Assembly (NCBI GenBank): GCA_964016885.1
Contig: OZ024752.1
Location: forward strand, 41,478,001-41,542,000
DNA from: Eledone cirrhosa
Lineage: Eukaryota
Direction of reading: 5' to 3'
DNA: 64,000 bases
In this document: piece by piece, positions 54,917-64,000 of the stretch
Layout: each line of letters opens with the position of its first letter
Position numbering within the stretch: position 1 is the first letter of the stretch
The notes under the pieces: model-generated
Databases searched by the model: none
What the model saw: the letters and a program-made list of their open reading frames with translations, nothing else
What the model was told of the DNA's origin: nothing
Program-made: the position numbers and the translations under genes

Positions 54917-57249
54917 TATTTGTCTTCTATCACAAGATATAGATATTTGTTTTCTTTTCTAATATATAATTTACTTTCTAACAAATATCTATTCTGCTAT
55001 ATTTCAATAGGCTACAAACTCCTTTGTAAATTTCTCCATATTTAATTAGAATGTAAAACCATCTTGTATATATTCCAGACATTGAAGTAGATAAATGTTG
55101 CTTTTAATCTCAGTTCAGGGGAAATATTTCACAGTAATTTTTCCACAGGGTCATCTGTTCTGTATAAAATCATCTTTTAGTCTTTAAAAGATGATAAATA
55201 TTGGTGATTGATCTCAAGTAGACAGTTCTGTCATGCCAAAATCATCTGTTTCTCTGAAATAATAGAGAAACAGTATAAGATATAGAGGATAGTTAAAAGG
55301 TAGAGTTTCAACACTAAACATTTACTACATTTCTATATTGATAAACTGTGGATATAGACATTTGCTTGAACAACTGAACTTATCAACTTATCATTTTATG
55401 GTTGCTTTCCTTGCTGGCTTAAATTAGATGGGATGTCACTGCCTGAGACTTGACTGGTCAGAGAATCACATCTGGCTCATATATTCCATATTTCTATATT
55501 GATAAACTGTAGATATGCTGGCATGGGTCAGATGGGTGCTTCTGGTCTAAGACTTGATTTGTCAAAGAACCACGTCTACCATGTTCCATATTTTGCATAG
55601 TTGCTTTGATCAAACGCTCATTTTAACGCCAACCACTTTACAGAGTACCGGGTTCATGTTGTGGCACCACTAATATCACTTTACAGTGTACTGAATGCAT
55701 GTTATTGTGGCAGCAGCATTACTGAGGTTGTTGTGTCCTTAACACAACTGAAAAGTCCTCCAGACCTTTTGTTCCATATGCTTTCTAGAGCTGGATGACC
55801 TTTCTTAAACCAATCATTTTACAGAGTGTACTGAGTGTACTGAGTGTACTTTATCATAGCACCAGCACAGCTACAGAATAATCTAAGTACATTTTATTGC
55901 GGCATCAGTACAAGAGAAGTTGTGTCCTTAACACAACTAACAAGTCCTCTGGATGCGTTGTTTTGTATGGTTTCTATGGCTGGATACCTTTTCCGACACC
56001 AATCATTTTACAGAGGATATTGGATGCATTTTATCATGGAACCAGCATCGAGAAGGTTATCAAGTCATTAACTTAACTAAAGAGTCCTCCCTGTCATCTG
56101 TTGTTAGAGGGTGGATGTTAATCATAACATATAGAGTACTGAGTGGCACTAATATTGGTGTGGGTGCTGTAACATTTCCCAATTCATCATCATCGTTTTT
56201 ACGTCAGTTTTTCCATACTTGCATGGGTTGAACGGGTCCTTTTCAGCACAGCATCATTCCATATTTTTAACTACAATTTTCACCTTTAAAAATTCTAACA
56301 CCAACATACATGTACACAAACTCATTTTGTTCCATTGTTTGTGTTTATGTTACAGTTTTCAATTCTTCACTTGGAAATTTCACTTTGACTTTAGACTTTA
56401 ATGGAAACCTCAAAAAGGACCAAGTCATATAGTCATATATCAGTAATGGGCATGCAGCAAAAAAAAATTAAAAAAAATTAGTGAATTATTGTGAAAAAAA
56501 AAAAAAATATGATTCTTTTACTGGTTTCATTCACTCGACTGCGACCATACTGGAGCACCTCCTTCATTTAGTTCATCATATTGTACCCACTATATATATA
56601 TTTTTTTTTTCAAATCTAGTACTTAATTTATCGATCTCGTTTTTGCCGATCTGCTAAGTTATGCAAGCGTTAAGATAGACACACATGTATACACGCTTAC
56701 ATTAGAGTTACGGCCCTTTACGGTCTGAGTTCAAATGCTTATTTTTCCGTTTCATCCTTACGGGGGTCGATAAAATAAAGAACCAGTAATGTACTGGGGT
56801 TGCTATACTAGATATCATCCTTACGGGGGTCGATAAAATAAAGCACCACTAAGGTACTGGAGAAATAGCTGCCCTTGTGCCAGAAGTACAAACTATATAT
56901 ATATTTATATCGTAATAATAATTGTTTCTATTTTTGGCACAAGGCCAGCAATTACCCAGTACATTACTGGTACTTTATTTTATCGACCCCGTAAGGATGA
57001 AAGGCAAAGTTAACCTCGGCGGGATTTGAACTCAGATCATAAAGGGACGTAACTCTATGCTTCAAAGCATGGCGTCCGACCCTCTACCTATACTGCATAG
57101 TAATAATAATAAATGTGAAGACTAAAATCCGAAGAGGGCCCGATAAGGATAAATATATATCAAATATATAAAAACCATAGAGCAAATATTTAACTTTAAT
57201 CTGTTATTTTAATAAATATATATATATAAATATTATATATTATATATAT

Positions 57250-57459
57250 ATAAAACGAAGGAAATGTGGTAAGGAACCAGATGGACTATAACGCACCAAA
57301 GTACTCAATACCTAGGGTAGTAGAGTGGGTAATAGGAACGAGTAGGACCCCGACGGCTGAGCTCAAGCCGTTTCGACGGCTAATTCTGGACTAAAATAAT
57401 TTTAGTCCAGAATTAGCCGTCGAAACGGCTTGAGCTCAGCCGTCGGGGTCCTACTCGTT

Positions 57460-57462
<3 letters not shown>
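57250..57462. mobile_element. Family A fold-back element
   Basis: Same head; the two arms are perfectly complementary and share copy-specific substitutions (aggaacgagtaggacccc / ggggtcctactcgttcct). Confidence 0.65.
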
Positions 57463-57498
<36 letters not shown>

Positions 57499-57556
57499 AT
57501 AATAGTAAAATTGAAGACTAAAATCCAAAGAGGGCTCGATAAGGAAAATATATATC

Positions 57557-57607
57557 AGTTTCAGAAGATCCCGTTAAGGGTGAAAGCAGCGATTCTTTGC
57601 TTAAACT
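57557..57607 (+). ncRNA. Hammerhead-like motif, family C (second copy)
   Basis: Same sequence as 26442-26492, followed by the shared ttaatctgttattttaata tail and (TA)n. Confidence 0.45.
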
Positions 57608-57623
57608 TTAATCTGTTATTTTA

Positions 57624-57687
<64 letters not shown>

Positions 57688-58461
57688 ATATATATGAGAA
57701 AGAGAGAGAAATGTGTGTGTGTGTGTCAGTGTTTGTTTACGTTTGTGTTCAATTATGCGAAATGTTTATGTAAATAAAATATATCTGCTTGTCATTCCTT
57801 CATAAAGTGAGATAGAAGTAGAGTTGTTTGTCATGTAGCTGCTCTACCTCGCTTCTTTCTATAATATACGAGTCGATACATCAACTGGATCTACAAAATA
57901 TAGTCTATGATTTTAACACGATCGATCATCACCCCAACTTGGATCATTATAGAGATAAATCTTGTAACGTTTACTTTCTTTTCTTCATTTTGTTGATAAT
58001 TATTATCGATTCTAACCATTGCCTTTCATCATTACGGGGTCGATAAAATAAAAGTACCAGTAATGCACTGGGTATTTGCTGGCCTTGTGCCAAAAAAAGT
58101 AGAAACATTTATATGCACTTAGGGAAATACATGTCATCTTGAAACGAAAGGTTACTTTAATCTTACTCTATAATTTGTTTGGAAATTTTTTAGTTGCTGA
58201 CGGTGAAGTCGGATTACTAAGGTGTTGTTGTGTTTGCACTGGTAGCAGTTCGTGTGTCCACCCCTTTCGCCTGCCTTTTGTTGTGTCTGGTCCTAGATGT
58301 GTGTAGTACATGCTTGGGTGTTTTTTGTTTTTCCCATTTCTTTCTCTTTTTAATTATTTTTTAATGTTATTTATATACAAAATAAAGACAGCGTTTTTTT
58401 GTTTTTTTTTTTTTAATTCTAGGAATGTAGATATGATAAACCGTTAAAGTAGTATATCTAC

Positions 58462-58565
58462 CTTACCAGTGGAGTTTCGTTGATGACAATAACTCAGCTA
58501 TACAGTTCTATAAAACTGAAGAAGGAATGAAACAATCAAATTGTCAGCCGGTAATTTAAATGTGC

Positions 58566-58605
<40 letters not shown>

Positions 58606-58770
58606 ATATAAATATGTATGTGTATATATATATATATTTATGTATATCGTGTAAATAAAATGGCGAAAATATTGCTCGAATAAAGACAGGACAGAAGAAA
58701 ACGAATTATTGGATTTTCATTGGTGAGTGTGGGTCAGGTGATCAGACGAATTGCCACACAGGAGGGAGGG
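58462..58770 (-). promoter_or_regulatory. Putative 5' non-coding exon / promoter region of ZF paralog 2
   Basis: Shares gagtttcgttga..caataactcagct and acagaagaaaa..ttggattttcattggtgagt..ggtcaggtgatca with 49400-49530; candidate - strand GT donors near 58460-58466. Confidence 0.45.
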
Positions 58771-59624
58771 GGGTCAGTAAAAAGTGTGCTCCTACACATC
58801 TATTTACAGAGTGTCCCCAAAAAATGTGTGCATACTGTGATTACCTGTACAACAAAATTTATTAGAATGCTGTTGAAGTGTGTATACATTTTTTGGACAC
58901 CGTGTGTATATATATATATATATGTTTATATATATGTGTGTGTATGTATGTAGATTAAAGACTCCTAGTTTTTGTTAGAATATCATTTTAAGAGAAGGAA
59001 AACTCTGATTTAAAACCAAACTCGATGGCAGCCAATGATATTGACCTGTTCTTCTTTAGATACCTGTCACTGTTGTTCAGAGAGTGGGATTGGTCCAAAC
59101 CAAGTCCCTTTCTTCACCTAAAAATGCTTCATATACAGGCACCATTTGGTGCAGCCAGTTTAAATGCTAAAGGGATAATGTACAAAGTCATTTTCTTGTT
59201 TATCTCACATTTACTACATAATAACTTCTCATAATTAGTATTTAGTACCAAATAATTGTTTCTACCTTTGACACAAGGCCAGCAATTACCCCAGTGCATT
59301 ACTGGTACTTTATTTTATCAACCCTGTAAGGATGAAAGGCAAAGTCAACCTTGGAATGGTAGTAATATAGAACTAAAGAAATATGATAGTAATATAGAAA
59401 ACATAAGAAATATAATCGTTTCTACTTTTGGCACAAGGCCAGCAATTACCCCAGTGCATTACTGGTACTTAATTTTATCAACCCCATAAGGATGAAAGGT
59501 AAAGTTAACCTCGACGGGATTTGAACTCAGATCATTAATGTCAACAAATTATAGTTTTAAATTTTTTAATTTTATGATAAATTGATCAAGTCTAAATTAT
59601 ATTGTGTAGGGTTAAGTCAACATG

Positions 59625-59790
59625 TAGGAGACCTGGGGGGTAGACCCCAAGCAAGATGGTCGGATAACATACATGAGCTTGGCTGGTCACGCTTGGGGAT
59701 CCAGCCGGATCAGTTGGAGGCGGTTGCTACTGACAGGACTCTGTCCACACAACCCTCTCGGGAATAAGTGGGCGTAGAAGAAAAAGAAGA
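59625..59790 (+). mobile_element. 3' end of an RTE-clade LINE
   Basis: GGRPQARWSDNIHELGWSRLGIQPDQLEAVATDR, a typical RTE ORF C-terminus. Confidence 0.65.
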
Positions 59791-60267
59791 TGGTTAAGTC
59801 AACACAAATTTTGGTTAGATGTTCTATATAAAATGATAAGGGAATAATTTCAGAGTAAATCAGCTTTATTTAAATTTTGGGTTATTAGGAATTTTTTTTT
59901 ACAAAATGTGATGAGATGAGAACTCAGAATACTGGGCCTCGTAGTTGAGATGACAAAAGATGGAGAAAATATGTTGATATCTTGTATGACAGATATATCC
60001 AACCTCTACCAGTATGTAGAATGGACATTAAAACATTGAGATGAGGATGATTCACAAATTATATCACTCACTTTATATTTATATAAAGGCGCATGGCTTA
60101 GTGGTTACAGCATTGGCCTTGCAATCGAAAGGTTGTGAGTTTGATTCTCGAGCCGAGTGATGTGTTGTGTCCTTGAGAAAGACACTTTATTTCATTATTT
60201 CATGTTACTCCAGTTTACTCGGCTGTAGAAATGAATTGCGATCCTGTAATTGGCATTAGGAAAAGCA

Positions 60268-60530
60268 TCCAGCTGTAGAAACCATACTCCCAGTACACTC
60301 TGTAAAGTGGGTGGTGTTAGGAAGGATATCCAGCTGTAGAAACCAAGCTCCCAGTACACGCTGTAAAGTGGGTGGTGTTAGGAAGGACATCCAGCTGTAG
60401 AAACCAAGCTCCCAGTACACTCTGTAAAGTGGTTGGTGTTAGGAAGGACATCCAGCTGTAGAAACCAAGCTCCCAGTACACTCTGTAAAGTGGTTGGTGT
60501 TAGGAAGGACATCCAGCTGTAGAAACCAAG
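60268..60530 (+). repeat. ~61-bp tandem repeat (about 4.3 units) inside a SINE family 2 copy
   Basis: Unit ccagctgtagaaaccaagctcccagtacactctgtaaagtggttggtgttaggaaggacat. Confidence 0.85.
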
Positions 60531-60915
60531 CCAGACCAAAGTGCACAACAGAACCTAGTCATTTGACCAGTCAGGACTCAGCACGCGACAGCCATGAAGC
60601 ACAGAAATTAGATGTTAAATGGTGATGATTATGATGATATGTATGAATATTCTGAGAGAAATTTATGATTAAAAGTATTACAGTAGCCATATCATCATCA
60701 TCATCATCATCATCGATTAATGTCCATCTTCCACGCTAGCATGGGTTCGACATGTCCAATTTCGAGGCAAGTTGTGTCGGGTATAATAGTAGATATAGTT
60801 GTAGTTATATAATGTAGTGTTGGATAATAGTTATCATTTTTTTTCCTGTGGAAATATATTCATGGTTTTATAAATGTTTTTTTTTTGTAAGAAATTACTT
60901 TGGATAGTAATAAAC

Positions 60916-62523
60916 TTACTCTTCTGTATGAATAGTTAGATGTCTAGTTAAATGAACCTTTTGGGAAAATGCTTTATCACAGATAACACACTGATATGGT
61001 TTCTCTCCTGTATGCAAACGTTTGTGTTGGGTTAGGGTACTCTTTTCAGAGAATGATTTACCACAGATATCACAGTGATGTGGTTTCTCTCCTGTATGAA
61101 TGCGTTTGTGTCTAATTAAGACACATCCATCAGAAAATGATTTACCACAGATATTACATTGATAGGGCTTCTCTCCTGTATGGATACGTTTATGCTTAAT
61201 TAAATCACTACTTCCAGAGAATGATTTATCACAGGTATCACAGTGATGTGGTTTCTCTCCTGTATGAATGCGTCTGTGTCTAGGTAAGTCTGATCCATCA
61301 GAGAATGATTTACCACAGATATCACAGTGATATGGTTTCTCTCCTGTATGAATGCGTTTGTGTCTAATTAAGACACATCCATCAGAAAATGATTTACCAC
61401 AGATATTACATTGATAGGGCTTCTCTCCTGTATGGATACGTTTATGCTTAATTAAATCACTACTTCCAGAGAATGATTTATCACAGGTATCACAGTGATA
61501 TGGTTTCTCACCTGTATGAGTACGCTTGTGTTTAGTTAAGGTACATACTCTTGAGAATGATTCACCACAAATGTCACAACGGTATGGCCTCTCTCCTGTA
61601 TGAATACGCCTATGTATGGTTAAGTGATCATTTCGAGAGAATGATTTACCACAGTCACCACAGTGATATGGCTTTTCTTTTGTATGAGTGTGTTTATGTC
61701 TGGTTAAGTCACTATTATTAGAAAATGATATACCACAGATATCACAGTGATATGGTTTCTCTCTAGAATGGTTGTGTTTATGTTTAGTTAAGACACCTAC
61801 TTCAAAGAACAATTTACTACAAATATCACACTGATATGGTTTCTCACTTTTATGAATAAGTGTGTGAGTAGTTAGACTACGCTTATGAGCGAAAGACTCT
61901 TTACAGATATCACAGTGATACGGTTTCTCTCCTGTATGTATACGTTTGTGAGCAATTAAGCTACAATTTTGAGAGAATGAATCACCACAGATATCACAGT
62001 GGTATGGTTTCTTCCCTGTATGAATATATTCATGAGTAATTAAACTACTTTTATGAGAAAATGATTTCTTACAGATATCACAGTGGTGAGGCTGTTTCCC
62101 TGAATGTAAAAATGAATGAGTAATTAAACTACTTTTCTGAAAAAATGATTTGCCACAGATATCACAATCATTTGACTTATTCCCTGTATGTTTACGTTTG
62201 TGAGAAACTAAGCTACTATTATGAGAGAATGATTTTCCACAAACATCACAGTGGTATGGCTTCTTCCCTGTATGAATCTGTTTGTGAGTAATCAGGCTAT
62301 TTTTCTGAAAGAATGATTTACCACAGACATCACAGTGGTATGGTTGCTTCCCTGTATGAATAAATGTGTGGGTAATTAAGCTACTTTTCTGAAAGAATGA
62401 TTTACCACAGATATCACATTCGTATGAAGTTTTTCCTGTCTCTTCCTTTATATCTACAGGGGAATCAATACTTTCAGGTTCTATTTTACATTTAACCTGG
62501 GTCCCACCTAAATCATTTTCCAT
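60916..62523 (-). CDS. C2H2 zinc-finger protein, paralog 3 (535 aa; 18 fingers)
   Basis: Same leader; 18 canonical fingers; internal duplication with a 252-bp (3-finger) period. Confidence 0.93.
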   Translation of the reverse strand: MENDLGGTQVKCKIEPESIDSPVDIKEETGKTSYECDICGKSFFQKSSLITHTFIHTGKQPYHCDVCGKSFFQKNSLITHKQIHTGKKPYHCDVCGKSFSHNSSLVSHKRKHTGNKSNDCDICGKSFFQKSSLITHSFLHSGKQPHHCDICKKSFSHKSSLITHEYIHTGKKPYHCDICGDSFSQNCSLIAHKRIHTGEKPYHCDICKESFAHKRSLTTHTLIHKSEKPYQCDICSKLFFEVGVLTKHKHNHSREKPYHCDICGISFSNNSDLTRHKHTHTKEKPYHCGDCGKSFSRNDHLTIHRRIHTGERPYRCDICGESFSRVCTLTKHKRTHTGEKPYHCDTCDKSFSGSSDLIKHKRIHTGEKPYQCNICGKSFSDGCVLIRHKRIHTGEKPYHCDICGKSFSDGSDLPRHRRIHTGEKPHHCDTCDKSFSGSSDLIKHKRIHTGEKPYQCNICGKSFSDGCVLIRHKRIHTGEKPHHCDICGKSFSEKSTLTQHKRLHTGEKPYQCVICDKAFSQKVHLTRHLTIHTEE

Positions 62524-63847
62524 TATTTGTCTTCTATCACAAGATATAGATATTTGTTTTCTTTTCTAATTTACTTTCTAACAAATATCTATTCTGCTAT
62601 ATTTCAATAAGCTATAAACTCCTTTGTAAATTTCTCCATATTTAATTAGAATGTAAAACCAACTTGTATATATTCCAGATATTGAAGTAGATAAATGTTG
62701 CTTTTAATCTCAGTTCAGGGGAAAGATTTCACAGTAATGTTTCCACAGGGTCATCTGTTCTGTATAAAATCATCTTTTAGTCTTTAAAAGATGATAAATA
62801 TTGGTGATTGATCTCAAGTAGACAATTCTGTTATGCCAATATCATCTGTTTCTCTGAAATAATAGAGAAACAGTATAAGATATAGAGGATAGTTAAAAAG
62901 TAGAAGAGATTCAACAGTAAAAGTTTTACTACATTTCTATATTGATAAACTGTAGATATAGACATTTGCTTGAACAACTGAACTTCATCATCGTTTTATG
63001 TTCAGGTTGGCATGTCTGCAGATAGATCAATGTTACTAGTGGTCATCTATACCAGTCAGGGGGAGCTTGCAGCCTGCGAAGCTTCCTGAATGGCTTGCTT
63101 AAGTCACCTCAGTGAAATCTTTCCCATTTTTTACCCCAATTTTTCAGTCATCATTTTTTTTTTTTAAATCTGGGCACAAATATAGACAATATGCCCCCAC
63201 ACCCTCCCACTGCCAGGTGGTCGTGGAGGTGCCACGGCAAAAAAGCACCCAGCCCACACTGTAAAGTGGACATGTAGGCGCCACGAAAAAGCACCCAGCA
63301 CTCACTGTAAATGAGGTTGGTGTTAGGAAGGGCATCCAGCTGTAGAAATCAAGCCAGAATCAGTTCCCGTATGAGCAAGGCATGGTCAGCCGACCAGACA
63401 CTGCCCACATCAGGACAACCCGTCTAACCCATGCTAGCGTGGAAGAACGGACGTAAAACGGTGATGATGATGATGATGATGATGATGAAATGTCAATTAG
63501 CGCTTTCGGCCCGCCTGATGATGAGCCATATCTCATGTGGCCTGCTTCTTGAAAAAGGTTGCCCATGCCTGATCTATACACACCACATAACATATATCTG
63601 TACCAACATAATCTTACAGCCTGCACACTACATCTCATTCTTCTTAGCTATTCTCTGCTAGCTACATCGTTCATGCACACTAACATTACATAGCCAGTGG
63701 AACTATTACAGACCTGCCAACCCCTAAAAACTCAATCGGGGGGTACCACGAGAAAATCCTCCTTCTGTTCTCACTCTCCATGTTTTATCTGGGTTATCTG
63801 GGGACAAAGCAGCACCATTTTTATAGGTTAACAGGTCAATGATGGTC

Positions 63848-63946
63848 TCAGATGTCAATTACTTCGTACTGAATGTATTTTATAATGGCACCATTTATAT
63901 TGGTGCCATTATAAAATGCATTCAGTACGAAGTAGTTGACATCTGA
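63848..63946. repeat. 46-bp inverted repeat with a 7-nt loop
   Basis: Arms 63848-63893 and 63901-63946; two mismatches. Confidence 0.9.
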
Positions 63947-64000
63947 CCGGTAGCAAATATAGTGATAAGAGGATTCTTCGGTTAAGTCAAGAACCTGACA

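Noticed and set aside
60088-60160. tRNA gene (A/B boxes, ttgcaa anticodon-like loop)
   Set aside because: Runs directly into SINE body sequence and occurs in several diverged copies; it is a tRNA-derived SINE head.

Overview
Eukaryotic, very AT-rich, microsatellite-saturated genomic DNA that looks like an octopus/coleoid cephalopod (inferred from the SINE families, the (TA)n density and the single-exon C2H2 genes). The + strand carries the last six coding exons (2449-19310) of a choline O-acetyltransferase (ChAT) gene; all introns are GT-AG, all phases are consistent, and the gene's 5' part lies upstream of the window. The - strand carries a tandem cluster of three paralogous C2H2 zinc-finger genes, each with a single coding exon (14, 16 and 18 intact fingers). 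The rest is SINEs (two tRNA-derived families), RTE and CR1 LINE fragments, mariner/hAT/piggyBac/Tigger MITEs, minisatellites and microsatellites. The most interesting hidden signal is a set of up to six different short element families sitting in (TA)n tracts that contain hammerhead-ribozyme (HHR) motifs or HHR halves, often as fold-back inverted duplications. The best case is an apparently complete, extended type I HHR with a compensatory U3-A8 core (43349-43443) inside a ~316-bp direct-repeat unit, a candidate non-LTR retrozyme or Penelope-like pseudo-LTR. All structures were read by eye; none was computed or tested.
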